Source: Cenococcum geophilum | Lineage: Eukaryota | Direction: 5' to 3' | DNA: 64,000 nucleotides | Assembly (NCBI GenBank): GCA_050273025.1 | Contig: CP158636.1 | Span: 11,966,001-12,030,000 of the forward strand | Shown here: positions 25,363-38,473 of the stretch, one piece after another | Layout: each line of letters begins with the position of its first letter | Position numbering within the stretch: the stretch's first letter is position 1 | Notes under the pieces: generated by a model | Databases searched by the model: none | What the model was told of the DNA's origin: nothing | Seen by the model: the letters and a program-made list of their open reading frames with translations, nothing else | Made by a program: the position numbers and the translations under genes

Positions 25363-26964
25363 ATGGATCGGAAAATCTCGAAGGCGTCTCCGTCAAAGGA
25401 TCTGATCTCGCGAAGGACACCAAAAGCGTCTCAGGCTTCATCGACATCGAGTACGCAACGATCCATGCCGATATCACGAGATACATCAATCGAGCCTAAG
25501 TCTGAATATCTCCGAGAAGCTCTGAACAGCAGGAAGGCAAAGAATCCTTCTCCAGTCAACCCATTAAGCCAACCTGCGACTCCTATTGAACACCCTGGAG
25601 ACGAGTGGGCTGCCAATGCTGAAGAGGAGGATGCTTCGGGAAATGATACCTCCAAACGTCGCTACCGCCGCGCAAGCGAAGTCAAGGAGCAGCGCCCCAC
25701 ACCAACCCGCAAGTTTACACTGAAGGAAATGGACTCGAAAAAGGACCAGATTGAGAAGAGCAACTTTGATCTTGGGTTACGCATATGTTTGTTGGAGCAG
25801 CACAATGCAAAGATCCAGAAAGAATTAGAAGAGGCGTTGGAGAAGATAAAAGCTTTTGAAGGGGTAGAGGACGAAAATGAGGAACTACGAGAAGAGAACG
25901 ACAAGCTGCACTTAAAAACGCAGGGCTTAGAGGAGGATCTTGCAGCCAAACACGAGGAGTACGCAGAACTACTCTCGATCAATGAAGAACTGGTCATGGA
26001 GATGGAGAAACGGGATGCAGGACTCGAGGAAGCAGCTGATATGATATATCGGTTGGAAATTGAAAATGTTACCTTGAAAGACCGAGTAGCCAACTGTAAG
26101 GCAGCAATCGGTGGTAATGGCGGGTCTGACTACTACAGCACAGAGACTGAAGCGGACTCGCCGAGGAAACGTGCATCAGATCTATGGAGTATTCCGGAAT
26201 CCAGGCCCTCAACCGGTCAGAGAGACTCCGATTACTACAGCCAGCCGTCTTCCCCTCAAGTCCCGGCAACGAAACCCCAGCCAAATTCAAAACCAGTGGG
26301 ACCGTACTCGGCAAGAGCTCGGACACTTATAAGGACGACATCTCATGGTTCTGGCTCGGTTAACGAACTGCGCAAGCGCATGTCTCTTGTTTCCGTGACA
26401 GAAGATTCGAAGCCGGAGGTTGTGCCACCCTTACCCACTCAAAGTCCCACGTTGAGATCCAGCCCAAGAATCAGCGGGCGGTTTCAAATTCCTGTATTTG
26501 GCTCTGCGGATCTTAGGCTTAAGTTGGATCCTCCCACTGAGTCAAGACCAGCGACACCTATCCCAGATCCAGGCCTAGGGCTGAGAGACCTCTATAAAAA
26601 CAGCGCAACCATCAAGTCCCCCCAGCTTCCGGAATCACGCGAAGGCTCCAGTCGATCATCTAAAGACAAGACTCCCGGACATTCTGAAGACGCTTGCAGC
26701 CCTCCGCCACGGACAAGCAACAAGTTCTTCACCCGGCCTGCACCGACGTACAACAATCGTGCGCCGTCCTCGACGGCCAGCCTTGAAACAGAGTACTCGA
26801 CGACCGAGCCGGAGAGGCCTCCCGGTTGGTGGAAAGGGTACCAGCAATGGCCCTCACCTGGTAATAGGGATTACGGCACGGGGGGCCGAGACTTCATGTT
26901 CAATGCCAATGAGGATGTTGAGGAGTTCGCAGCGAGAACTAGGAGTTTTGGGAAGCGAAGGTAG
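25363..26964 (+). CDS. Centrosomin N-terminal motif 1 (CM1)-like coiled-coil protein
   Basis: 533-aa ORF. TLKEMDSKKDQIEKSNFDLGLRICLLEQ resembles the CM1 gamma-tubulin-complex binding motif. An acidic coiled coil and an S/P-rich tail follow. Confidence 0.7.
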   Translation: MDRKISKASPSKDLISRRTPKASQASSTSSTQRSMPISRDTSIEPKSEYLREALNSRKAKNPSPVNPLSQPATPIEHPGDEWAANAEEEDASGNDTSKRRYRRASEVKEQRPTPTRKFTLKEMDSKKDQIEKSNFDLGLRICLLEQHNAKIQKELEEALEKIKAFEGVEDENEELREENDKLHLKTQGLEEDLAAKHEEYAELLSINEELVMEMEKRDAGLEEAADMIYRLEIENVTLKDRVANCKAAIGGNGGSDYYSTETEADSPRKRASDLWSIPESRPSTGQRDSDYYSQPSSPQVPATKPQPNSKPVGPYSARARTLIRTTSHGSGSVNELRKRMSLVSVTEDSKPEVVPPLPTQSPTLRSSPRISGRFQIPVFGSADLRLKLDPPTESRPATPIPDPGLGLRDLYKNSATIKSPQLPESREGSSRSSKDKTPGHSEDACSPPPRTSNKFFTRPAPTYNNRAPSSTASLETEYSTTEPERPPGWWKGYQQWPSPGNRDYGTGGRDFMFNANEDVEEFAARTRSFGKRR

Positions 26965-27345
26965 CGAAGCTTTGGCGTTCTGGTACTGGAAAAAGGAGTT
27001 GGGCTATAGCATTCCTAGAGACCGGCGCTTTTGGTTTGGCTTTTGTGTAATAGTTCCCTGTGGTCTTTTTGGGATCGTCTGGTGGACATTATGCGCTATT
27101 TTTTCGGGAGGCTTTTTGTATAACAAGCTCGATATTCGAACAGCACTGATTGAAAGCCGAACAAGGCTCGGTTATCCACTTATATTAGCTAAAGGTAATT
27201 GTGTTTTACACAATTTTAAATACCTGCTCCTTGAAGTGAAAGGTGCACGTGACTTCAAAAAATGTGTTTCCGGCCTCACCTCCGCGAATCGCACCTCTTC
27301 CCCTGTATCCTTTCTCACTCGCAAAACAATGACCGCCCCACCAAC

Positions 27346-28396
27346 ATGCTCACTTCAGGCTTCACCAACGCACGGGTGTCCAGATTTCTGGTCTTCTGGG
27401 TTGTTACTAGCGCGCTACTCACAAGTCTGACGGATACAAAATACTATGTTCACATTGAGGTTGTCCCGCATCTGTGGGTTTATGGACAGTTTTGGAGATT
27501 GTTGACGTGGCAAGTAAGTTGAGTATTGGTATGGAATGGGATGGGGAACAAGATCTAATAACCCAAATAGGTATGCTATACAAACTCCACAGAAGTGCTA
27601 TTCGCCGCAATGGCATTTTATCACTTGAGGGTGATTGAGAGACTCTGGGGGAGTCGGAAATTCGCTGTATGTCGCAACTGTCCTCTACCTCGACTCCTTT
27701 CTATGTTTATATATCTCTACGACTAAAAGCTAGGGTTCTTAAGCTAACTCATATTGGACGCAACTCTAGTCCTTCCTCGTCTCTACTCTTCCATACACGA
27801 CTCTTCTCCCACCTCTTCTCCTAACCTTGGTCCTCCGCCCTCTTACCTTCAACCGCCTCAACCACCTTCCCGCTGGCCCAACAGCTATGCTATTCGCCTT
27901 ACTAGTCCAATATCATGCCGCTATCCCGCATATTTACAAATACAAGGTCGCCGCAACTGCGCCCTCCTCCACAAGCGGGTCGTCCTCCAGCAGCTCGGCT
28001 TCGATCATGCAAACAGGCATCTTCCTCACCTCAAAGAGCCTCAGCTACGTTATACCATGCCAGCTAGCGCTAAGCCAGCTACCCGGCTCCGCGCTCGCCG
28101 CGCTCGTCGGCTGGGCTGTCGGAACCGCGTACCGTCGCGACCTCCTGCCCTATGCGAGCCAGTGGCGCGTGCCAGGCTGGCTGGTGGGCGAGAAGCGCGA
28201 CCATAGCGCCCGCGAGGGGTTCGAGGGGTTCGAGGGCCTGAGGAGAAGGCTGGAAGGCGAGAGGGAGGCGGGCGCGGGACAGGCGACGGGGATGCTGGCA
28301 GCGCAGGGCCAAGGGGCGCCGAGGAGGAGAACGCTTGGGATGCTGATTGCGGAACAGTTTCGAGGCGTTGGTGGGGGGAGTGGGACCGGCGGTTAA
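27346..28396 (+). CDS. DSC2: DSC E3 ligase complex subunit 2, rhomboid-like (exons 27346-27513, 27571-27666, 27770-28396)
   Basis: [59 protein letters not shown]; two canonical introns. Confidence 0.85.
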
Positions 28397-30151
28397 GTTA
28401 GGGTAGGCAGGGAATAATGGAGTTTGAGGGTTGAGGTTAGTGTATTATTACTTAGATCCTGGTGTTTCGGTGAGCATTGTGGTGGTTAGAGACCTTGACC
28501 GTCGAATGAGGAATGCGCTAGCAGCGCCATATCAATACAAAAGAGATTTAATACACCGATTAAACGAAGCAGCCTTTGGTATTTAGCCATATTTAACTCT
28601 ATAGCGCGCCAGTTCTAGATCTTAATTCATTTCTGGGGTACCACTGGTGCAGATGCGTTGCTGAAACTGCTTAGCTGAAGCTATCTTGTTTTTGGGGCTA
28701 GAAGTTGTGGGTATGGTTGAACTATTTTCTAGGGTTCTGTTAGAACTAAATGATGTGTATTTTCCAACCCAGTCTTTGTTTTCAGTCCTAGGGCCGCAAT
28801 CAGTTTGAATGGAAATCACATGTCCAGTAATACTCAAGAGAGTGACCCAAGGGACGCTAAAATTCAAAAGGCAATACTAATCTGCGCCTTGGTATACTAT
28901 TAGGATGGCACCGGGTATACTCAATGAGTACACTGCCATCACTATCAAAGGTAGTGAAAACTTCAAACGATACGGGCTGAAGCTGAGGTCGCGGTCTCCA
29001 GATATCTGGCGATGCGTAATCCTTCCATAGTCATTGGTGGGTGAGCTTTGACAAACCTTTTGGGGCGAGAACGCCACGAAACTTGGTCGCGAATGTTCTT
29101 TTTCTGCAACGGTACATTCTCAAATCCATCTGACGACAATTCACGGTCCAGAGATACTTTCAATTTAAGACGTTGCTTCCTAAAAATCCTTTGAGGCCTT
29201 GAAGTCAGATTGGCTCAGCCTTGCAAGTGACCAATAATCCTCCCGATCCTTTCAGGGCGCCTATTTACTCTTTAGGTACCAAACTGCCCTCTTCATCTAG
29301 TTCTACCAAGTTCCCACGGGCCTTCCGCGTACTCTTTGACCGACCATTATCATTTGCTCTCACTCGATCAGCGGTCATAGCCCCCATCCACCTCGTGCTA
29401 GGAATGATGATTGTCGGCTTTCATTTCCGTTTCCAATGAATTCTGCCCAATCCTTTGTCTCAAGACGAGGAAACTTTTTGCGACGCTACTATCATGCTGA
29501 ATGCCATGCCGGGGAGGCTGCTCTAGACTTCCATAGCCCATACGCTTTTCCTTCGTTTTCTACACATGTTTCTTGGCTTATCTTAGCTCTCATCTTTCGA
29601 GCAGTTAAATGCCATGATCGCGCTGCTGTAGTTGCGCCGCAGCGGAACAACCCAGGTAAAACGGCCTCACACCGTACATTATTTGACCGGAAGAGAGGTC
29701 ACAAGCTTTGCTCAGCCCTTCCTTGGCCTGCGCTTTTCTTGTGTGACGTTCTCCCTTTTAGTATCTTCCGGGCCGAGCTGAGACGATCAGCCGCTCTTCT
29801 GGGATAGTTTTAGATATAGTGGTCGCTCAGGCCGCTTGGCAGCAGAGGTGGTGAGCTGTATCCAGTCCTTTGGATCGTTAGACGGTAAATGGATGCAAGA
29901 GCTGGTGGAATTGTGCTGATGGGCGCTTGTTGAGGGTGCTGAAGTAGCATGTCTAGGAGTCTACTTGACCGCGCCACATCACCCGCTGGGGTATATATAT
30001 ACTAGAGCCTTTATAGGTAGAGAACCAAACACTAGGATTGCATTCACTCAGCCTTACGCTTCATTTTTCCAAACTCCTTGTTATTCATTTTCGCGTCCCA
30101 GGCACTGCCCATAACCGTACATTGGTTGGTCACTACCTCTGCTAACTCGTG

Positions 30152-32793
30152 ATGTCTTTCACGGCACCATACACGAATGCTATGCGCCTTGGTAGGAATG
30201 GTTTATCCGCAACAGAGACGCCCCATGCTGATAATGCACGGTAAACAGGGCAAGGCTTCAACACTTACACACAAGAAATTCGAATCGAAAGTGCTGTAGA
30301 GGTCCGACCTAAATCTACAAACCCACCTAAAACAACTGTACCAGGCAAGAAAGAAGATGAAGATCTTACCAAAGCTACAGCAAGCTCAGACGCCGCTGCA
30401 TTACCACTAGCGCCCTCCCCTACGACTACCACAAATAGTGATGCGCCAGCGACCAGGCAGAGTCTAGATGCAGCCGCGAACGGAGTAATCCAGCCCACAA
30501 CGGGCGAAAGCGCTAGTCAAACTACGAGACCTACATCTTCAGTGACCAACGAGGACTCTCATAGCACCCTCATGCTCGAGCCAAACACGAATTCAGCATT
30601 CATCATACCCGCAGGGCCGGTACCAAACACCAGTCAAAGCGTGACGTACTCAACACGCGCAATAGATAATGTTAGCGATATCATGGACGCACTCAACATT
30701 TCAACGGCCATGTCTATCAAGTACGGAACAATTCACGGAAATGGCAATGCCTCCTTCGTCAACGAGACCAAGGTCCTCGACAGCGACCTTAACTATGTCG
30801 TGAGTGTCATAGTCAACAATGATGCTAGAGCTTCGAGCGACGACATGAAATTCAATGAGATTGATAAGCTTCCATTGGAAAGATTTACCGAAGTCTACGG
30901 AGATAGCTTTATTTCAGGATTCGTAGAGGGCGGCCAGTTCAATGCAGTGATTTCCGTCAAAGTACATGACAAGTCAAAGTTTAAGGCCGTGAAACAGGCT
31001 ATCGACATCCAACTTGCTGTAGGTCCGTCTCCTGTTTCAGTCGGAGCCAGTGAATCCTTAAACAAGGAACACCGTGAAGCACTAAAACACACGGAAATCA
31101 CTATTTCAGTCAACTGGATCGGCGGTGGCAACATCAAGAAACCTGGCATCCAATGGACGCCGGAGAGCGTCGCTGCTGTTGCAAGTGCGTTCCCGTCTAT
31201 GGTTGCCAGGTCGTCGGCAAGGACGATGGCTATCTTAACCAGATATACGTCTCTTAGAAGCTTTCAAGAGTGGAAATGGAAGAGACTCGATGAGTTGGAG
31301 GAGAAATTTAAGAAAAAACAGCAAGCAGATACTGTGAGTGCAGAAGAGAAGAAAGACGAGGCAGAACTCGAAGCGATCAAACGAAGGAAGTGGGAAGAGC
31401 CTAAGATCATCTTGAATTATGTACCCTGTGCGCTGTACACCGCGGATCTGTTCGACGCGCTTATGATATATAAGAAGCTGTGGAAGGATATAGGAGAGAG
31501 TAAGTATCAAATCTGCACCAACTCCAATACAGAGTGGCTGATATTCCAACGAAGTGCTACAGAATCCTCTCATGTACAAGCTAAGGCCATCGCGAAGGAA
31601 TAAGGAAGGAGAAAGGAAAGCCCCAAGAGTCGCTATAAAAACTATAATACCGAACCATATAACACAGAATGCCATCTCGCACAGTCCAATCAGCAGCAAA
31701 TCTCCGCTGTTAGATGGGACCGAAGAATTACAATCTGACATAAATCGAGGTTACACATTCAGCCTTGAAGATCTGCCAGAAGTGGTAGAAGACTGGGATC
31801 TCGACAAAATCAACAATTGCCGCGACGCTATTCCACCAGATCCGATGGAATTAAGAGAGGCACGCCTGCTTTGCCGCGAGGCTATGACATTGATTACTGA
31901 AGAGGTAGCGCGGAATTCCGAATCATACTTCCTACTATTTACTAATGATTTTAACCTCTTAGGCCTCTAGACTGGTCGATCATCCCCACCTCGCCTATGC
32001 CGAATACCTGGGTAAGACGAGGACGACGCGCATGAAGCGTCCCAACTACGCTTATCCGGAGGTTTTGAAAGCAAGGTTGCCGGTTCCGGTCCACGACGAT
32101 ATGGGCGTTAACTTGTCTACTGATGGTGCATACCTGATGACGGAAAGCCACGTGCGTGACGGAAATCTTTGGTATCGGCATGACATGGTTGGCGATGTAG
32201 TAGATCCCGAGTTACATGAAAATCTGGGCAGCAATTACAAGCACTTCTGCACTCTAGATTGGAGTGAGCCACTTGGCAAAGAAGTCCAAAACCCTCTACG
32301 ACGGATAGTATTCCACCGCTATGGGCACCACCGCTATCCAATGACCAACGAATTCTTCAAGAAATCGGATCGTGCTATTGGAGCCTTAGGTTTCGGTTTT
32401 GAGCGGGATGATGAAGACGACAAGCAGGAAAACGGTTGTACGCGCATAGCAGGTCAGGTCCGGTGGGGAGAACGACACAAGTCAGCGAACTGGAGCACAT
32501 TCGACATTTCCGGCCTTGACATTACCAGAGTTGTCATTTCTTATATACCAGGCCAGAAACGCATTGCTAAGATGGTTTTCCAAGACAAATTGAGTGGGTC
32601 CACTAATGATGTGTTTACGTTCCAGTCATGGGAAGGCAATGAGCCAGAAGGACTGATACATGAACCGCTGGAGCCGCCAGATCAAGGGGATGGAGCCGTC
32701 TGGAGGTTTGTGGGACTCTCGGGCTCTTTCATTTCACATCCAATCCAGAACCAAGTATTGGCGAGAGTTAGTCCTATCTGGAAGAAGACGTAA
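30152..32793 (+). CDS. Uncharacterised protein with a MACPF-like core and a possible jacalin-like C-terminus (exons 30152-30191, 30249-31499, 31555-31904, 31963-32793)
   Basis: Three GT-AG introns join the ORF pieces in frame. N-terminus APYTNAMRLGQGFNTYTQ. The motif FTEVYGDSFISGFVEGG fits Y-G-x-x-F-x6-GG. TATA-like run at ~29991-30002. Confidence 0.8.
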
Positions 32794-33531
32794 GGGCTAT
32801 TGGCAAGTAGTGTTGGGTATTGGTGGTTATGCTGTACTTTTGTGCTTTTGTACTCTGACGCTTAGTATTAGTATTTCCAAGGATCTGCTCCGATGAGCTG
32901 GTACACAAGGGACACAGGAAATTGTGTTATTTTTTGCAGTAATGCTTTATTCATAATTCGCTTAATGAACAGAGATGTACTTTTTTAGTTACGATGTCTT
33001 TCATGGCTCAGCCCCAGTGCCTCTGCCCTTGGAAAATGTTTTGTCTGCAGGGGTTACGGCCGGAAGTGCGTTGTTTCCGATGTATTTGTTAGAGAAGACC
33101 AAGCACGGGATTTCTAGAAGATGCACGTCTTCCTCTGGATATACAAACGCACGGTTCTTGGGCTCCTTGGCTGCCGTTGAATTTTTTGCTTTACCGTCTT
33201 TAGCTTGGACCTCAAGCAGCGGAAGCAGTAAGGAAGGCCCAGCTACTCGCCATTTTCAGCTACTCGGAGCACCCAAATCTCAACTGTCGCATCTTTCCAT
33301 GCCCTGCGGTTTAGCCGCTGCCTACCCTCTGATTCGCTGTCGGCTTGCGGGCCGATATATGACTGCCTTTTGTGACAGCGTGGTGCTGCTTCGTCGCGTC
33401 ACCAACAGGCTTTGGTTACTGCAGCCTTACCTGCGAGCACATTTCATTCTCACACAGAGGTAAAAAGTCCGGTCTCGCAGAGGCTATCGACTGTTCGGAA
33501 CAGGAAGAAGTTACCGCAAAACCCTTCAGCC

Positions 33532-34566
33532 ATGTCCATAAAGTAAGTATATTTCCCTCAAGGCTCATGATCACCGTTACCCCGCGAGGAGCTCTCTAAG
33601 CTCACTGATTCATCCCCTGGATCTAATGGCTTCTGACCTCGTATCTTTTTGACTTGATATTTCTGTTATCTGCAGTCACCATGCTAAAACGTATCCGTTT
33701 GTCCAAAACCAGCTGGGTTATGCTCTCGGAGAGTGGAGGGTTTACCCCTCTACCTGGAGAAAAGACTCTCTACACATCGCCTCCACGGACCACTCTCTCA
33801 CTACAGAGTCTTAATAAATACCCTGGGAAGGAGCTATACATAATACAAAGCAGCGCAGGCTGCGTGCACCTCACAAACCGACGAGTAAGCTTTGCCAAGC
33901 TAGACTCGATAACATTTCAAAACTGACAATAGAACTTTGTAGCTAATATATCTCCCTGCCTCACCCACTCCCGAACTACACTCCTTCGCCGCTCCAATAC
34001 TCAACTTGCATGATACCCATGTAACTGCGCCTTGGTTCGGCCCAAATGTATGGACATCAATCGTGCAACCGGTTTCTGGGGGTGGAATACCTCCACAACA
34101 CGCCGCGCTTGAACTTAAAATCACCTTCAAAGAGGGTGGCGCCTTCGACTTTCACACTAACTATGAGAGACTAAAGGAACGCTTACAACAAGCAGTCGAA
34201 GTAGCTAGAGAAAGCGGATACATAACGGGCGACGGGTCAGAAAGCGGAGGAGGGCGAGGTGCGGGAGCGTTGGCCGGTGTAAACCTCGATACTGTGCACT
34301 TAGATGAACTGCCAGCGTATGAGGAATCTGGACAGAATCCGCAGCCTGGACCTGCAGCGCCTTTAGCGACCCCTCCGGCACCACGAGATAGTGGGATAGG
34401 AGTTTCACCGCAATCAGCTAGACAACCCTCGCCACAACCAAGTCCCCAAGAAGAGACTTTCAGTCCGCCGGCAGAACCTCCGCCAGGATACGAAGAAGTA
34501 CAGCGGGATAGTATCGTAGACGAGCTGGAAAGAAGACTGCGGAATGCAGAAGAGGATGGTGGATGA
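33532..34566 (+). CDS. WW-domain-binding protein 2 (WBP2/GRAM)-like protein (exons 33532-33542, 33713-33884, 33943-34566)
   Basis: MSIN|WVML..LPGE..G.VHLTNRR|LIYLP..APWFGPN..LKITFKEGGAFDF, with C-terminal PY motifs LPAY and PPPGY. Confidence 0.85.
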
Positions 34567-35273
34567 GGTTATGGCATTTTAAGGTGCCAGTGTGAGCGTT
34601 TTATTTGAACCCGAGGGATGGAAAGCGAGGCGTTTTATGGAATCGGTATATCTATTCACCCTAGGAAGATGCCTTCTTAAGAGATATAGGATCGTATGGG
34701 CGAAACGCTTGGATGATATCAAAGGAGGCACTTTATGGCTTTAGAAAGAAGGTATGGGTATGGAAGCTTCCTAGGTTACATACCCCTCTCCACGTATTTT
34801 TTCTACATGGATTGTGATTTGTGTTCAGCACTGTTCCCACCTTGAGAGATATCAATACCATGGAGAACATATGGGTCAGCATCAACAGAGATGACGGCCT
34901 AGAGGTGCAAGAATGCCCTCTTGGATATGTCAACAGCTGGTTTTCCAATATAAATTCTAACTGGCGATTTCTGCATATGGGCTTGCTTTTCCATACCCCA
35001 CATTCTGCACGCCTGTATGGACGCCTCCAAAACCTTAAACGGAGTTTCCCTTCATGGCGTTGAAGGTGGGAAGGCTATCTTCTGCACATGATTGATGTAG
35101 CTAATGCATTGCATGTGAAGATGACCTAGCTCTATTCGCTTGACTAACCGCAAGTGGAAGATGCCTCGGTATTTTGGTGGAACATTCGAATCATAAGAAC
35201 TGCCGCCCACCCTGCCAATTGAGTCTCTACACCCATCTGACACCTCATTTTTCTATTTTACAACTCTTTCAAT

Positions 35274-36892
35274 ATGGCAAATCAGACTGGTAGGGGCTTG
35301 CAAGGTATGTAGAGGGTTGCGTGGCTTAGAGAACAATCGGCGTAGCTGATCTCTTCGTCATAGCTCAGGAACGACTTTCGCAAGTCAGCGATCACCTAAA
35401 GGCCTCTGAGGTCGATATTTCAAGGGGGAAAGAGGCTCTTTTGGAGAAACATCCTGATGATGTATGATTGGCTCTCCTTTTTCCCTTAAAGACTGGGTCC
35501 GAAGCTTTGAAGTACTTCAGCGCCAAAGTGTAGACTTGGACCCCGGTGGCAAGGATATTATACTTCTTGCTGTGACTTTCGAGTCATTCGTACCCTCTCA
35601 ATATAAATCTCATGGTTACTGTGTATTTCCTCATTATTCTTGCGCCTGCTAACCCTACTTCTCTTCCAGGTTGTCGTAACCTGCGCTCTCCGCACCGCCA
35701 TCACCAAAGGTGGTAAAGGTGGTTTCAAAGACACAGCCGCTGCCGACCTCCTCCACGGCGCCTTTAAGTCCCTCATCTCCCGCTCCGGCATCGATCCATC
35801 TCTCGTTGAAGACATTGCCGTTGGCACGGTGCTAGCACCTGGTGGTGGTGCCACAGAATTCCGTGCCGCAGCGCTTGCAGCAGGATTCCCCGTCACATCC
35901 GCAGTAAAGAGTTTGAACAGGCAGTGTTCGAGCGGCTTACAAGCATGCGTCGACGTGGCCAACGCGATAAAGTCTGGCATGATTGAGATTGGGGTTGGTG
36001 CCGGTGTGGAGAGCATGAGTACTCAGTATGGGTAAGATTGCAGCATTGTCCATTAGCAACATGCAATACTGCAACCGGCACTAACAGAAACAGCCCTCAA
36101 GCCGTCACCGAATTCTCCGAGCTCCTCGACTCCCACACCGAAGCCAAGAACTGCAAAGTCCCCATGGGCGTGCTCTCCGAAAAAATGGCCAAGAACAAGA
36201 AGATCGCCCGCGCAGACCAAGACAGCTTCGCCGCACAGTCCTTCCAGAAAGCCGTTGAAGCCCAAAAGAAGGGCCTCTTCGACGAGGAGATCGTCCCGCT
36301 AACCGTAAAATACACGGACCCCAAGACGGACGAGGAGAAGACAATCACCGTCTCGCGCGACGACGGCGTCCGCGAAGGCATCACTGCCGAGAGCCTCGGC
36401 AAGATCCGGCCTGCGTTCGCAAAGGACGGCAGCATCCACGCTGGCAATGCGTCCCAGATCTCCGACGGTGCGGCAGCCGTGCTCCTCATGAAGCGCTCCA
36501 CGGCTCTGCGCCTCAGCCAGCCCATCCTCGGAAAGTTTGTCCAGGCATCCGTCGTCGGCGTGCCGCCTCTCCTCATGGGCGTCGGCCCAGCAGCCGCTAT
36601 CCCTGTGGTGCTGAAGAAGACGGGCTTGGATAAGAACGACGTTGATATCTATGAGATTAACGAGGCGTTTGCGAGCCAGTGCCTCTTTTGCATCAACGAG
36701 TTGGGCTTGGATATGAAGAAGGTGAACCCTAAGGGTGGCGCGATTGCTTTCGGGCATCCTCTTGGCTGCACGGGTGCAAGGCAAGTGAGCACGCTGTTGA
36801 CTGAGCTGAGGAGGACGAAGCAAAGGATCGGTGTTACCAGTATGTGTATTGGAACAGGAATGGGTATGGCAGCCGTTTGGGTCGCTGAGTAG
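35274..36892 (+). CDS. POT1: Peroxisomal 3-ketoacyl-CoA thiolase (4 exons: 35274-35304, 35364-35461, 35670-~36032, ~36094-36892)
   Basis: Catalytic motifs NRQCSSGLQA, NEAFASQ, GHPLG and MCIGTGMG. PTS2 signal RLSQVSDHL at 35372-35398. Confidence 0.92.
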
Positions 36893-37274
36893 ATGATGCA
36901 TTTTTCAGCATATGTAATATAATTCTTTTGGTCTAAGTGTATTCATAGATCTGGATAAAATAGGAATGCATCGGTTGATCTAGACAGGCCTGTTTCATTC
37001 TCACTCTCGATATCAAATGTGGTCATTCCTTGCAGACTAATAGGTTTTATTAAGTCTGTCCTGTGCTTTTTGCTCGTTGATGTATTGATGGTCCAGAGTC
37101 AAGGTTTCTACCTATAGAACCTCAAAAATACCTCCAACAATCGCAACTCACGATATCGCCACCCTTCTTCTACTTCATTTTGTGAACAATACCCCCGAGT
37201 CACCAAGAACCACCAAATTTTCGACAGGTCACTCAGTTGAAGATAAGTGTATCGTTGAAGCAGAAACACGAGGA

Positions 37275-38051
37275 TCAGTACATCTCCACGAGGTCCTCCA
37301 CAGTGCTCTCACCAGTCTTCTCCTTCAGCGCCATCCACAACTCTTCTATTTTCTCTTCGTGTTTCTTCTCCATCATTGCCAACTTCTCTACATACCTCTC
37401 CTCAATTATCTTCGTCTGCTCCAGTATGGATGCTTTCACGTACTTCTCCAGGGCGTCATGGCGCTCATTGATCGTCTTCTGCTGGGTCAGCAGCATACGA
37501 AGCACGGCTCTGCACGAGAGCTTCTTCACTTCGGTCGCCTTGGTGTCAGGAGCCTACATTTAACTCGGTGATTAGCAGTGCTCAGCAGACGCTGCTTGAG
37601 GTTTTTGCGGAAGTCTTACATCACCTCCGAAGTCGACTATGGCTGCCTCCATCGAGTTCACTAGCTGCTTGAAGCGCTTGACATCGAATGGGACAACGGC
37701 CGCCTTGAGCTGCTCGAACCGTGTGCGAGAGAGATTTCCGCCGACGCCTTGGCCTTTTGCACGGTAGCCGCGTGAGGCAACGTATTTGTCGTAGGCCATG
37801 TCGTGTGCAGTAATGGCGCCAAATTCGATACACGGGGTCTCTACTACAGTGTTGTCCGCAGAAGCTTCCATAGTTTTTTGAGGACTGCTTGGGGGATTCG
37901 GAGGGCTCGGAAGGGAGGAGTTAAAGATAGTGAGAAGGTGGCCATTGAGCTTGCTCGTGGCTTTATCGGTGATATAGCGGAGCACTGTATCCACTGCGGA
38001 AAGGTGTGAGCGACCTGAGGCGCTTGGCCTAGAGTTAGATGTGTTGTCCAT
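37275..38051 (-). CDS. Orphan hypothetical protein with a C-terminal coiled coil (exons 38051-37620, 37553-37275)
   Basis: Intron GTAAGA...GCTAAT...TAG (37619-37554) joins the 159-aa and 84-aa ORFs in frame. No family recognised; the 3' end is uncertain. Confidence 0.55.
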
Positions 38052-38473
38052 GGTGGTTGCAGGAATTTGTCACCAAGATATGTGAGCAGTCGGAAGGATG
38101 TTGGAATTGGTTGTGATTACGAACTAAGCACAGAAATGATACACACAAATATTGAGTCTTTGAACCAAAAGGGAGGCGGAAAGGGTGGCCAATGAATGTC
38201 GAGATGCCTGAGGAGGAAGAGCTTATAGAAGGAATGGAACAGGCCACACGAATGCTTTTGAATTTGGCCATGGTATCAGTTCAAATTTTTCTTGCAGGCT
38301 GACAGGGTGCGTGGAAGTGAATGAAATTAAGCATAACAAAAACGCCACAGGCAAGAAGCAGATATGCTCTCCTTTTCTATAGCCTCTCTTTTATCTTCAC
38401 CCTCTCATCCGATTTACAACCTCCAGGATATATTCAGTGGCATATGTATAGAGGTACTGACCATTCAACCACC

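Noticed and set aside
28904..28940. Stem-loop gatggca..gtatactc-aat-gagtacac..tgccatc
   Set aside because: An isolated short hairpin with no Helitron CTRR end or other context.
32975..33463. 162-aa plus-strand ORF, and a possible spliced ~33-aa minus-strand microprotein
   Set aside because: No recognisable motif, and the splice model needs a weak donor and a 43-nt intron.
22369..36892. Sterol/lipid gene cluster (ERG27, DSC2, thiolase)
   Set aside because: Unrelated genes are interspersed and no shared regulatory motif was seen, so this is likely ordinary synteny.
35558..36901. Antisense ORFs over the thiolase (and similar ones over other genes)
   Set aside because: Shadow ORFs caused by the codon bias of the real genes.
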